Source: a virus
Lineage: Duplodnaviria; Caudoviricetes
Virus record (IMG/VR): IMGVR_UViG_3300022752_000032
Coordinates: 39,450-103,449 of that record
Direction: 5' to 3' (one strand)
DNA: 64,000 nt
This document shows, piece by piece, positions 28,401 through 37,982 of the stretch. Position 1 is the first letter of the stretch. Every line of letters starts with the position of its first letter. The notes beneath the pieces were generated by a model. It saw only the letters and a program-made list of their open reading frames with translations. It searched no databases and was not told the DNA's origin. Both the position numbers and the translations under genes were made by a program.

Positions 28401-30622
28401 AGTTGGCGAACGCAGCGGGTCCAATCACCTGCGGTATTCCAACGAATTTTTGCTGCACCTTTTCCATATAACCAATAACGACGAAGTTTTTCAGCATTTC
28501 CTTTGTTACGGTCAATTCCTCCAGCAGCAATTAAGGAAGAAATTATTGAATCTGTAATATATGCAGATGCAGTTTTAGCAGCTGAATCTATTTGATCCAA
28601 AACTATTTTTAAGGTGTCATCATCTAAGACAACAACTGGTGGAGGTGTAGGACTCTTTAAATCAGAAAGAATTGAGTCATCTTTTTCCCATACTCCTGGC
28701 TTACGCTTCCATGTAGAAGTTACAACAGAGTCTTTACTAGTAGGTATTAATGAAACTAATTCCATTACCGCTTGAGGGTCATCAGGTGAAACAATTGCCA
28801 TATAAATTGGTGGAACATCTGAAGTATCTGGCGTTAATGCTACAGATGCAGCAGAGGTAAGACCTTTAGCAGGTTGTCGAAAAGCAGGTGGAACTTTTAA
28901 TCCAGGGGAAGGAGTTAAGTCTTTAGTTGGCTTGTAGCCTTCTATTGAAGAAGGATCTACTTTTGGTTGATACCAAATTGAATTAGGATAAGTAGTTTCT
29001 CCATTTACTACAACTTTTTTCTCTAAAAACTTTCTTAAACTTGGATCGTTATAAGCATTAGGAGTTTTTGTTTCTGTGCTAACAGCCGTAGGAGCGATAG
29101 GAGAAGATGCTTTTAATCTTTGATCAGTGCTCCACGCTGGAAGATCATTTAATATTGTTTGAACTTGAGCAGTGTTTAATTGAGGAAGTTTTCCAGGAAG
29201 AGTGGCATTAGGGGAATCAATAGGAACTCTAGGCTCTCCTAAAATTCCTTTAGTAAGTTGCTTAGTAGATGTTAAAGTTTTTTCTTGTGGAAGTGGTTTA
29301 AAAGTATCTGCAGGCTCTGTAGTATTAGCAGGAACATCAACATACTTTCCATTATCTAACTTAACCTTAACGCTTTGAGTAGCAGGGTTAATAGATTCAA
29401 TAGTTCCTGAATACTCTGGCTTTTTACCAATAACAACTCGTCCACCAGACTTGGCAAACTTACCTATAGCATCTCTTACCTGAGAACGTGCTTTCTGAGA
29501 GCGCTCTTCTGGAGTGTAATTTCCATCTTGATTAGTTACAGGAGTTCCTGCTGTCGGAGCAGTGGCAGCAGTTAAAGAAGAGTCTGAAAACTCCTCATAC
29601 TCGCTATACATATTTTCATCATAAGAAATCTCATTAATTAAATCCCAATCAATTTTATCCATCTCATCTACAAATATGTCAGACTCTTCTTGATTAATTT
29701 GAGATATAGAAATTGATTTCATAGGATTAGAGTCTAAGTTTCCTGAAACAATAATTGCAGTTTCTGTGTCTACAGGAACATGTATTTTCTCAACCATGTC
29801 ATAGGGATCATCGAGGCTTTTATCGTAAGTGTGAAAATCATAGTTAATATTTCCAAGATCTTCCCACATTGCATCGTCCCAAACAAAGACTGATCCATCT
29901 GTATTTACTTTGTATAATCGATCAATACCACTACCATCTAAACGAATACGAATAAAGAACTGAGGAGCCATATCTTCTGGCAACATCTCTGACTCTATAA
30001 AAGAGTTAAGTTCTACCTTTTCTGGAGACTCATAGTCGGTCATAACAAATTTATACGAAGCAGTAATTGAGTTTGCCTGAGCCTTCTTATTTTCACGAGC
30101 AACTATTGCACTAGCCCAACGCTCTCCTGCATCTCCACCCCAGAGCGCCCAAGCGATACGTCCATTTGAAGGATAGCCAGGTTCTGAAGGCTCGTAGCCT
30201 TTTCCTTTTTTATCTACTTGATGACGTGGAAAGTATTTAGCAATGTGACGAACTTTTCTAATACCAATTTGACCACCACGAGCAAGAGTTCTAGCAGTAT
30301 TTAAACCTACAGGTGTACCACCACGATCATGCTTTTTACGCCACTCTAAGGCACGTTTTGCCTCTGATTGAACTGATTTTGGAATTGTGTATAAACGATC
30401 ATTATTTGAAAAAATTTTTATATCTAAATCTGATATTGCAGCGGTTGCTAACTCGTAAGTAACAGAGGATGGATTCTCTTGGCTATCATCAAGAGTAAAG
30501 GAGGCAATAAGCGCATCTGCATAGTCAATAGAAGAAACTAAATTTCTTTTCTCGTCAATTACTACAGCCTTGTTTTCAAGCACAAATAAAGCGTTATTCC
30601 CACTACGACCTATAAATTGCAA
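25430..30622 (-). CDS. Giant mosaic capsid maturation protease-containing protein
   Basis: 1730 aa upstream of capsid; ESGDGR...LPLP...GH...IG...GVSAD...TLVPKPAF prohead-protease-like segment (~27700-28140); GRIAWALWGG domain, duplicated LRRYW...RC...GYC...H domain, ALPDGSFPI domain. Confidence 0.75.
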   Translation of the reverse strand: MQFIGRSGNNALFVLENKAVVIDEKRNLVSSIDYADALIASFTLDDSQENPSSVTYELATAAISDLDIKIFSNNDRLYTIPKSVQSEAKRALEWRKKHDRGGTPVGLNTARTLARGGQIGIRKVRHIAKYFPRHQVDKKGKGYEPSEPGYPSNGRIAWALWGGDAGERWASAIVARENKKAQANSITASYKFVMTDYESPEKVELNSFIESEMLPEDMAPQFFIRIRLDGSGIDRLYKVNTDGSVFVWDDAMWEDLGNINYDFHTYDKSLDDPYDMVEKIHVPVDTETAIIVSGNLDSNPMKSISISQINQEESDIFVDEMDKIDWDLINEISYDENMYSEYEEFSDSSLTAATAPTAGTPVTNQDGNYTPEERSQKARSQVRDAIGKFAKSGGRVVIGKKPEYSGTIESINPATQSVKVKLDNGKYVDVPANTTEPADTFKPLPQEKTLTSTKQLTKGILGEPRVPIDSPNATLPGKLPQLNTAQVQTILNDLPAWSTDQRLKASSPIAPTAVSTETKTPNAYNDPSLRKFLEKKVVVNGETTYPNSIWYQPKVDPSSIEGYKPTKDLTPSPGLKVPPAFRQPAKGLTSAASVALTPDTSDVPPIYMAIVSPDDPQAVMELVSLIPTSKDSVVTSTWKRKPGVWEKDDSILSDLKSPTPPPVVVLDDDTLKIVLDQIDSAAKTASAYITDSIISSLIAAGGIDRNKGNAEKLRRYWLYGKGAAKIRWNTAGDWTRCVRQLSKYMGPRAKGYCALRHKEATGMWTGDKEHRQLYGKKGVRADAFSTDFILPSEAILEATSLKARAADARNRVVLAGAEIEDFKGAEFVIPLVIPEDIESGDGRKFEKGAITMRELPLPFLWQIKTGEGHSGSVVIGTILQMERVEQGIGNARGYFDTGEYGKEAERLVRGGFIRGVSADMDMFEADEEKENAENDSNKKVGAGKMNITKARVMAVTLVPKPAFQECRVELADQSGEMQEEEVISDGVYVEGLNPLDASALVACGIVAGSIPVTPPKDWFANPKLKKPTALTVTDEGQVYGHIAAWHVDHIGMSYGTRPPRSKSSYAYFHTGAVRADDGTDVPVGQLTLAGGHASLEASASEAVRHYDDTASAVADVHAGEDAYGIWVSGALRPGTTPEQIRALRASAPSGDWRPIKGALELVAICQVNVPGFPIARARVASGQVMALVAAGASVLAQLKNDPLAELHTRIDKLEAPLIAASNSAKDRMRTITAAIKASELSNRVNKMKEESSSYMLQSIDNSDSELAVITRKQRMELAKDKKALPDGSFPIRNVSDLKNAVHAYGRAKPGNRGLVRRHIVKMARQLDRKDLIPENWKEASVNDTDSIAASLRARISIVESVVAAGGLDRNRGNAETLRRYWTRGEGAAKIRWGAPGDWSRCVKHLAKYLGPRAKGYCQLRHKDALGIYTATHAKRDRAKNNSVEEFSSDYMPETMEQMEIPQDQLQMPISKIIQQPDDLYDAQWEPEDMIVVILNEMGEASEADFLANSETFAEKDPYVVDQSEPVGTPDLTKEDLKGLTDEETDILKKEVKSKQDAEKSRAKYTPKTQPRDATGKFRQVLARLKLDLGDAGSDAALKKIEEVDNLDNAGNYAEAAKAAGDLLDIVDRLDTGALNAEAIGNVRNSAGELGKVIANLPFAFGEDAQKIRFSDVPPALQDLMEKMITRVENKIGQKDADIATKGMKDFMSGQEVYSQSEISSQMSKLLRLLT

Positions 30623-30639
30623 CTTAAACTCCGTCTCTT

Positions 30640-30924
30640 TTACTTCGCTGACTCGTACTCTTTTAGTTCGTTTATTCCAATAGCCTCACTGGAACCTTCG
30701 GCTTCGTCGTATACGGCTATAAAGGCGGGGTCAACATATATGACCATTAAACCATCAAAATCAAAGTGGTCATCCTCGTCAGATAGCTCAATCCAGTCAC
30801 CATTCTGTCTGTAGAAAGTGCCTTCATCTGACTCGTAAATTACTACTACTACCTCATCAAATTCTGTATCAATCAGTGCATACAAATCTGAAATGTTTTT
30901 TGGTTTATCTGGTGTGAAAGCCAT
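30640..30924 (-). CDS. Small acidic protein (YRxxGxW motif)
   Basis: 94 aa, strongly acidic, AGGAG RBS. Confidence 0.7.
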   Translation of the reverse strand: MAFTPDKPKNISDLYALIDTEFDEVVVVIYESDEGTFYRQNGDWIELSDEDDHFDFDGLMVIYVDPAFIAVYDEAEGSSEAIGINELKEYESAK

Positions 30925-30926
30925 AA

Positions 30927-31709
30927 CTACTCCTTTGCCTTAGAGTCATCAATTGGACCACCTGCAACCCAAGCGTTACAAGTCCTGGAAGCGGCGCATT
31001 TAAAATCAAATGCTTCGCAGTAACCAAGTTCAGCAGCATCTACAGCGTCCCAAGCGTTATCTTTACTTGATCCACCTTGCTCAATGCCTTGAGCAATGCA
31101 GTCTTTCATTTTAGTAGTTGTAATAAACATTACGCAGTTTCCGCAACGTGACTTTTTTGCTTCATCTATTGTTATAGACCAGCGTGTTGATTTTTCTTGC
31201 CAAAACTCTTCATTTGGTTCTGCTGGATTTAGTGGACCATAAGCAGCATCTTTAATTGCCTTCTCGCGGTTGGCAAGATTGATGGAGATATCTTGTGTTG
31301 CAGGAGGACAAGCATCTGTTGCAGCAGCAGCAGCAGTTACGGGTTCTACTGATTGATTTTCATTTCTTATTTCTAATGAATCTTGAGTATCACTAGTCTC
31401 GTCAATAACTGCCTGCTCAATTGTGTCATAAGGCTCTGATACATCAAAAGGCATAACAGAGACTCGACTCATATTTTCTGAAGCAAGTACTGCCCAGTCT
31501 GTTGGAGTTGTAGGTAATTCTAAATTAGAAGCAGTGTATAAATCTTTTGCCATATCAATTCTTTCTTGAGTAAGGCCATATAAGTCCACAACTTCTTGCG
31601 GTGCAGCAAAAGCAACATCAGTATTAGAAGCAACAATGGAGAATATATGATCTCCGTCTTGAATAGGCAGGTCAGAGTTTATGTATGCTCTAAATATTTC
31701 TATAGCCAT
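30927..31709 (-). CDS. Two-domain head-module protein with C-terminal Cys-rich domain
   Basis: CPPATQD...YGPLNP...RCGNC...GYCEAFDFKCAASRTCNAW after a VTAAAAA linker. Confidence 0.75.
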   Translation of the reverse strand: MAIEIFRAYINSDLPIQDGDHIFSIVASNTDVAFAAPQEVVDLYGLTQERIDMAKDLYTASNLELPTTPTDWAVLASENMSRVSVMPFDVSEPYDTIEQAVIDETSDTQDSLEIRNENQSVEPVTAAAAATDACPPATQDISINLANREKAIKDAAYGPLNPAEPNEEFWQEKSTRWSITIDEAKKSRCGNCVMFITTTKMKDCIAQGIEQGGSSKDNAWDAVDAAELGYCEAFDFKCAASRTCNAWVAGGPIDDSKAKE

Positions 31710-31718
31710 TTTTATCTC

Positions 31719-34700
31719 CTAATTCCTTCCCGCTAAACCAGTACGCCATTTTTCTTTACTTATACCTCTTAGTGCTTCTAAACGACTAATAACCTCGTCT
31801 AAAGTTTCTTTACTAATATCAGAACCATACATTCTTTTTAGTGCTTGGATCGCTTGTTGAGCAGTCATGTCTATTAATTCTTTATATGCAGTTGCTCCAA
31901 TTTGTTTAGCTACTGCCCTATTAATCTCTCCACCTGATCTAGCATCCCTGCCCTTCATGTGGGTAAATGGATCTGTAACACTTCTACTACCACCACCATT
32001 TAGAAGTTGAGCGTATCCGTGATCAATTGGTAAAAGTTGAATTTCTTCATAACCATTTTTATCTACGCCTTTATTGTCAACGACTCCTGCTAAGAAATTT
32101 TGTACATGTCTATCAGTATTGTAAATAACAGCATCAAGGACTGCTAAACCAACTACATCTGCAAGAGAGGCTCTTTTAGCAATAGTCTCGGTTGAAGATT
32201 TACCAGGGAATTCATCAAATAACACTGGCTTATTCTTAAAATCTATTCCGTCGCCAGCATTTGTGATTATAACTGTTCTAGAATCATTTGGGTGCTTTTG
32301 AACATATGCTGCACCTGCAATACCCAAAGATTGAGCTATCTTTGAAGAAATATACTCTGCATTAGCTGTTCCCTCTGTTTTTTCTCTCTTAAAGTAAACA
32401 ACTTGACCACTCTGTCTATGTATAAGTCTAAAGTTGCTACCGCTATTTATACCTTGAGAAACTCTTTGAATATCAAAGCCAGTGTCATTTCCATCTATAA
32501 CTAACTTTTTACGAACTCCTGAATTAAGAGCTTTTCCAAAATTTAAAATTTTAGTAGGATCTACGTTTAATAAAGCATCTGCTGGTCCAATATTAGATCT
32601 GTTTGGACTATAAACCATTTTTTCATCGTGCAGTGCTTTTACTAAAGTAGCAATTTCATTTATATTCTTTTCTGTCTCAGCCTCATCTGCGCCCTGCATA
32701 CCTTCAGGATTTCTAATCTCCTGACTTGCATACTGAGCCAAAGCCTGACGAGCCTTTTGATCTAGTTTTGCTAAAGAAGCACCGCCTTCTAGAGCAAAGA
32801 ATTCTTTTAGTTGCTCTTTGTGAGGATCTAGATAAGAGTTCTGTTGATAAATTTCATCTGAGGCAAAGGCAGAGCGTAGTTTGTTAGAGGCGTTGAATTC
32901 ATTATCTTTATTATTAACTCTTTTTTCTGCTTCAGCAACAGGATCAATAAACTCCATGTTTGCTTTAGCAAAAGGCTTCTGGTTTGCTGCTTGTTTTTGT
33001 TTAATAAGTTCATTAAGTTGATCTATCTTATCGCCCAAAGCCTCATACCTAGCATCGCCTGAATTTTTTAAGTATGTAGATACTCGAAGTAAATCAGAGG
33101 GATCAATTCCTTCAATAACTTGACCTTGATCTATCTCTCTAGCAAAACTATCTAGATAATAAGCAGCCTCACTTGCTTTTCGATTAGCGCCTCTTTCATT
33201 CCACTTAGGAAGTTTGATAGAGATTACTTTTATAGCCTCTTTAATTTTTTCTTCATCGAGACCGTTTACATCTGCTGGAATTAAGTCATCTGGTATTGGC
33301 TCATTTAATATTTTTTCAAATTCAGCACGTCTTGCTTTATCTTTTTCATTCTTGTATTTTTCTATTTCCTTCTTAAAGTTTTCTACATAGTCAGCAAGAA
33401 CTAATGCATTAGGGTTATTTTCTAAATCTCTCACTCTGCGTAGTTTACGAATTGCTGAATCTAAAGGAGATGTGGAAAGATCTTCTATTTTTTCTCCAGC
33501 ATTTAGTCTATTAACTAGTTCATCTAGTTTTTTACCAGCATTACGGACTTCATCGTTTGCTGCATAATCTCTTGCTTTAGGGAAATACTTAACTCTAACT
33601 CTCTTAAGTTCTTTTTGAACAAGTTCTTCATTCATATCAGCAGCGTCAGGAATTTTTTCTGCTATTGGCTCTGCTTTAGGAACCTCTACCTTAGGAGCAT
33701 CTGGTGCAACATCTCTAGCCTCAGGTGCAACGCGAGCAGGACCTGCGCCGTCTGCTTGCTTAACAATCATTCTTGACTTCCACAAACGTGGACCGTCTTC
33801 ACCAGGGACTTGTACCCAAACATAGTCTTTGTAAACTTTTCCGTTACGACCAATTCCACCAACCTTTTTGGCTTCATCAATTTGGTCTCCAGCGCGAACA
33901 ACAACTACACCCTCGCCGTACATCTCATTCTTTTTTGCGTTTCCATGACGAACTCTGTCACCAGGTTTTAAAACAATTCCATTTTTATCTTTATAGAAGC
34001 CTTCTCTGTATGCAAATCCTCCTACATCGCGACCAGCAACTACTTCAACTCTTTGTTCTAGTGGCTGTCTTAGGGCGCGACCACGCTTTGGTCCGTCTCC
34101 TTTATTTTCTTCTGACGGAACTCTAAAATCTTCAGGTACTTCTCCAGTACCAAGACGACGCATGTTGCGAATAGGAGAGCGACGATCAAAGAAACGGAAA
34201 TACTCTTTTTGATTTCTTGGATCTTTAATTAAGAATCTGACTCGACCAAAAGGTGCTGGTTGAATATCAAGAATTTCTTCATAAACTTTATTAAAGTTAT
34301 TCCACAAGAAGTCACCAATTTTTACATCTCTTGCTTTAGTAGGAGCAAGACGTCCAGCATTTGCTTCAACAAAAGCATTTACTTTAATTACTTCAGGGTT
34401 TTCTTCTACATAAGTTTTATCTTTTGGCTCTTGATTGTCGTCAAGTTTTGCCTGCTCAACAGGGACATTATTAATTTCTTGTGGTTGTTGATTATCTTGA
34501 TTATCACCAATACCTACTAAATCAGCATCAATAATTTCTTTTAAGCGATCAGCATATTTATCATATGCTGCTTGATCTTTCCATTCAAAGTTTCCATCTG
34601 AATCAATCTTTGCGAATGGACCATCTTCTGGTAAACCATTATCGTCATAGATTTCGATAGGTGCTTCTGCACGAGGACCGCCATCATCAGGCTTTAGGAA

Positions 34701-37700
34701 CATAATTCCGTTATCTAACCAGTCCATCTCTGCAACACCTTTTTGAAGTTTATCTATTTGATCAGCAGTAGGTTTGTAGTCTCCAACAACTGCTTCTGGC
34801 TTTGCTTCTGGATTCTCTCGAGCATACTTAGCCTCTCTTGCGCGAATCTCTTCACGAGGGATACCTGTAGCATCTGCAATGTCTTGTAATGACTCTCCAG
34901 CCATACGTCGGTCAAAAATCTCTTTATCAGTGATTTCAACTGCGACTGGTGAACCTTCTTTACTATTCTCAATCTTGCTGAGAGTAAATGTTCTTCTGTC
35001 TCCGTTTGCGTCAATTGCTCTTACATTTACATTTGAATTTCTAGGGTTCTCGAATACTTCTACAGGAAGAACTAAACGCTCAGTGCCGTTATAAAGGAAT
35101 GCAATTTTTTGTTTAGCAGCAATTGCATCTTTAATTTGAGTCTCTAGTGGAACATCTCCATCAACAATAAGACGTATAGCATCATCAGCAGGGATATTTA
35201 CATCGGCTACATCCTCTACTTGACCAACTAATCCTTCTTCAGCAATTTTTCTTAACTCAGCGTTAGTGTCTATGCCTTTAAGTTGAAGAGCATCTCTAAC
35301 TGCTTCTCCTGGCACGTTTGCAACAAAATCTTCTCCATCATCTGTAGGAAGGGCTATTACAGCAGCACCTGGAACCTCGTTACCTGGTTCTACAGATCGA
35401 CGTAACTCTTTTAATAAATCATTTGTAGAAATTTCTTGCGCTAAGAAAACAGGATTATCTGAGAATCCTTCAGGAAGAATTGCATCAGGATTTTCTGCAG
35501 TTACATCTTTCCATGCTGCAAATGGCTCTGGGCTAAGAGGGTTATAGCCTTCTGGCATCTGAATCTCTTCATTTTTAGGCAAGTATGGAATGTGATCTTT
35601 TGTTTCATTAAATTGATCTAACTCTTTTTGGCTAAGACCTTCTAGAAGCGGAGGAAGTGGAATCAAATCCATCTCTTTAGCATCAAACTTTGGTTCTTGA
35701 GTAGGAGGCTCTAAATCAGGATTTTGTTCTGTAACTTTTTTAAATGACTCGGCAAGTTCTGGAGTATTGCCAGAAATAATTTCTGCTTTCTTTCTAAAAT
35801 CATTTAATGCTTTTTCATTGTTATCAGCACCAAGTTTTTTATCATAAATCTTTGCTAACTCCATAGGAGCATCAATTCCTGCTTCTTCTAAAGCAAAGAA
35901 AAGTGCTTCAGCAGGAACAAACTCATCGCCTTTAGCAAAAGGAAGAGCGCCTACTCCTAAAGCATTCTCCCCGTTTTCTCCTGGAGAAACTGCTTGCTCT
36001 AATGCAACAAGTATGTCTCTTTCATCTTGCTTTTGAGCAAGTTCAATAGGGTCATCTGTAAAGTCTGGACTATCTTCATCTACGCGCCCTTGAGGATCAT
36101 ATGCAGAACCTTGCTTAATTTTATATGCCCCAGGTGGGTAGTTAAATTCAAAACCACCTTTAGTTTCAACTGGAGCATCTGGTTGTTTAGGAAGATCTGC
36201 CTTCTTTTTATTATTGCCAGGGAAATCTCCAGCATCATTTATAATTTTTAATTTTTGACCAAAACTCTTCCACTTTTCTTCTTGTTGCTTAGATGGAGCA
36301 TCTACCATAGCTGAGTTCATGTAGTCATCTAATGCACTAGCAAATCCTTCTGGTTGAAGTTTTTCATCTAAAAAGAAACTAGCAATCTCATCAGCAGACA
36401 TTGCATCAATCTTGTTTAGATCTTCTTCTTTATACCCATAAGCAGGAGCAAAGTTTTTAATCTCTTCACGAGCCTTTTGAGCATACTCTGTAGCTCTAGC
36501 ATCTTTATCTTTATCTACATAAGCCCAGTTCTGATAAACCTTATCTTCTAAAAGATTGTTTACATCTTTAACTGAAATCTCGCCTTGCTCTACAACTCTT
36601 GCTACAAAGTTATCTTGCTTGTATACGTTCTCTAAATCTGCTGGCTCTGTTGCTCTGCGTAACATAAGAGCATTGTTCTTCTCTTCAATATCCCAGCCTT
36701 CAGGAACAGTGCGATCTAAAGCATCTACTCTGTCATCAGCATTCTTCTTTAACTCTGCTTTACGATTTGCAAGAGCGTTTTCTTTATCCTTTTTCTCAGC
36801 CATAAGTTTTTCATATGCATTTGGCCCTGGTCTATCTTCAGCAGGAATTAAGCCTTGTCTAAATGGAAGATTTGCTTTTGGATTTAATAGTTTATCTTCA
36901 TTTCCTTCTAATTTATCTTGAACATCTGCCCAAGTCTTTACTACACCAATTTGCTCAGCGGACTTAGCGTTTAGTATTTGATAATCTTTTGTACCGTCAT
37001 CTTGTTTAGACACAAAAACTACAAATTCTTTGTTAGAATCTACATATCTCTCTACTTTATCGCCAAACTCTTTATATTTTTCATCTTTTTCCCAGCCGTT
37101 AGGGGCATCAAGAAATACTAAATCTTTTTCATTTATAACTTCATCAGTTACGCTTGGAATTATAGGTTCAGGAGAGTAGCCATCTGGAGTAGGTAGAACT
37201 GCTTTTATATATTCACCTTTAGCAGGATTTATTTCAGCGATTTTTCCATCTGGAAACTCTACTTCTACATCTTTACTATTTTTAGCGTTGGCAACTACTC
37301 TTCCACTAAGACTAAATACATTTCCGTCAAGGCGTCGAATGAGAGCACGAATGCCTCCACCTTCATAAGCAAATCTTCCTTTACGATCACGACGTTGACG
37401 TCTAGCACGAGCACTACGTGACTCAAAAGAGTTTCCATCAGATGCTGCAATTAAAGCCTCGCCTGGAATCATTCCTTGAGGAAGTGAAAGTAGTATTGAA
37501 GTGTAGTAAAGATGCTCCACAGACCCTGGTATAGATTCAAATGCTGAAGCAAGAACTGCTTTTGCTCTTTCATCTGTAATCCTTGGATCAGCAGCAAACC
37601 AACGAGAGCGTGCAATTCTTAATGCACTAGCAGTCATTGAATGCTCGCGAGTTGAGCGTGGGTGAGAGATTGGTAATAAATCTGTATTAGTTGCGTAGAA

Positions 37701-37982
37701 AAAATCACTTTTATTATGTTTAGCAAGTGATATGTACTTATTAAGTTCTTTCATTGCTAAGTGCTCGCGGAGAGATAGTGGCAATCCTTTGCTCTCTTCT
37801 AGAGAGCGCATAACTACAGAAAAAGCAGCTTTTTTAGTAATCTTTCTTGCAGTAGATGTTGAAAAGTTAGCATTATCTACAACTGACAAAACTTTATCTC
37901 TTAAATCTACTGCTTGCTTAATAGCAACAGCACGACGACCTTCAGGAGTGATGGCATAACTAATTCTTCTTATTCTACTCAT
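31719..37982 (-). CDS. Giant polyvalent protein with WYL-like, HTH and C-terminal HipA/PI3-PI4-kinase-like domains
   Basis: 2087 aa; kinase motifs YFK, AEYISSKIAQSLG, NTDRHVQNF, PIDHG; WYL-like IAFLYNGTERLVLP...RTFTLSKI; HTH GESLQDIADATG. Confidence 0.75.
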   Translation of the reverse strand: MSRIRRISYAITPEGRRAVAIKQAVDLRDKVLSVVDNANFSTSTARKITKKAAFSVVMRSLEESKGLPLSLREHLAMKELNKYISLAKHNKSDFFYATNTDLLPISHPRSTREHSMTASALRIARSRWFAADPRITDERAKAVLASAFESIPGSVEHLYYTSILLSLPQGMIPGEALIAASDGNSFESRSARARRQRRDRKGRFAYEGGGIRALIRRLDGNVFSLSGRVVANAKNSKDVEVEFPDGKIAEINPAKGEYIKAVLPTPDGYSPEPIIPSVTDEVINEKDLVFLDAPNGWEKDEKYKEFGDKVERYVDSNKEFVVFVSKQDDGTKDYQILNAKSAEQIGVVKTWADVQDKLEGNEDKLLNPKANLPFRQGLIPAEDRPGPNAYEKLMAEKKDKENALANRKAELKKNADDRVDALDRTVPEGWDIEEKNNALMLRRATEPADLENVYKQDNFVARVVEQGEISVKDVNNLLEDKVYQNWAYVDKDKDARATEYAQKAREEIKNFAPAYGYKEEDLNKIDAMSADEIASFFLDEKLQPEGFASALDDYMNSAMVDAPSKQQEEKWKSFGQKLKIINDAGDFPGNNKKKADLPKQPDAPVETKGGFEFNYPPGAYKIKQGSAYDPQGRVDEDSPDFTDDPIELAQKQDERDILVALEQAVSPGENGENALGVGALPFAKGDEFVPAEALFFALEEAGIDAPMELAKIYDKKLGADNNEKALNDFRKKAEIISGNTPELAESFKKVTEQNPDLEPPTQEPKFDAKEMDLIPLPPLLEGLSQKELDQFNETKDHIPYLPKNEEIQMPEGYNPLSPEPFAAWKDVTAENPDAILPEGFSDNPVFLAQEISTNDLLKELRRSVEPGNEVPGAAVIALPTDDGEDFVANVPGEAVRDALQLKGIDTNAELRKIAEEGLVGQVEDVADVNIPADDAIRLIVDGDVPLETQIKDAIAAKQKIAFLYNGTERLVLPVEVFENPRNSNVNVRAIDANGDRRTFTLSKIENSKEGSPVAVEITDKEIFDRRMAGESLQDIADATGIPREEIRAREAKYARENPEAKPEAVVGDYKPTADQIDKLQKGVAEMDWLDNGIMFLKPDDGGPRAEAPIEIYDDNGLPEDGPFAKIDSDGNFEWKDQAAYDKYADRLKEIIDADLVGIGDNQDNQQPQEINNVPVEQAKLDDNQEPKDKTYVEENPEVIKVNAFVEANAGRLAPTKARDVKIGDFLWNNFNKVYEEILDIQPAPFGRVRFLIKDPRNQKEYFRFFDRRSPIRNMRRLGTGEVPEDFRVPSEENKGDGPKRGRALRQPLEQRVEVVAGRDVGGFAYREGFYKDKNGIVLKPGDRVRHGNAKKNEMYGEGVVVVRAGDQIDEAKKVGGIGRNGKVYKDYVWVQVPGEDGPRLWKSRMIVKQADGAGPARVAPEARDVAPDAPKVEVPKAEPIAEKIPDAADMNEELVQKELKRVRVKYFPKARDYAANDEVRNAGKKLDELVNRLNAGEKIEDLSTSPLDSAIRKLRRVRDLENNPNALVLADYVENFKKEIEKYKNEKDKARRAEFEKILNEPIPDDLIPADVNGLDEEKIKEAIKVISIKLPKWNERGANRKASEAAYYLDSFAREIDQGQVIEGIDPSDLLRVSTYLKNSGDARYEALGDKIDQLNELIKQKQAANQKPFAKANMEFIDPVAEAEKRVNNKDNEFNASNKLRSAFASDEIYQQNSYLDPHKEQLKEFFALEGGASLAKLDQKARQALAQYASQEIRNPEGMQGADEAETEKNINEIATLVKALHDEKMVYSPNRSNIGPADALLNVDPTKILNFGKALNSGVRKKLVIDGNDTGFDIQRVSQGINSGSNFRLIHRQSGQVVYFKREKTEGTANAEYISSKIAQSLGIAGAAYVQKHPNDSRTVIITNAGDGIDFKNKPVLFDEFPGKSSTETIAKRASLADVVGLAVLDAVIYNTDRHVQNFLAGVVDNKGVDKNGYEEIQLLPIDHGYAQLLNGGGSRSVTDPFTHMKGRDARSGGEINRAVAKQIGATAYKELIDMTAQQAIQALKRMYGSDISKETLDEVISRLEALRGISKEKWRTGLAGRN

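Noticed and set aside
34150-34340. KARDVKIGD segment in the 2087-aa protein as an intein
   Set aside because: No N-terminal Cys block or C-terminal HN motif found; more likely an SH3-like domain.
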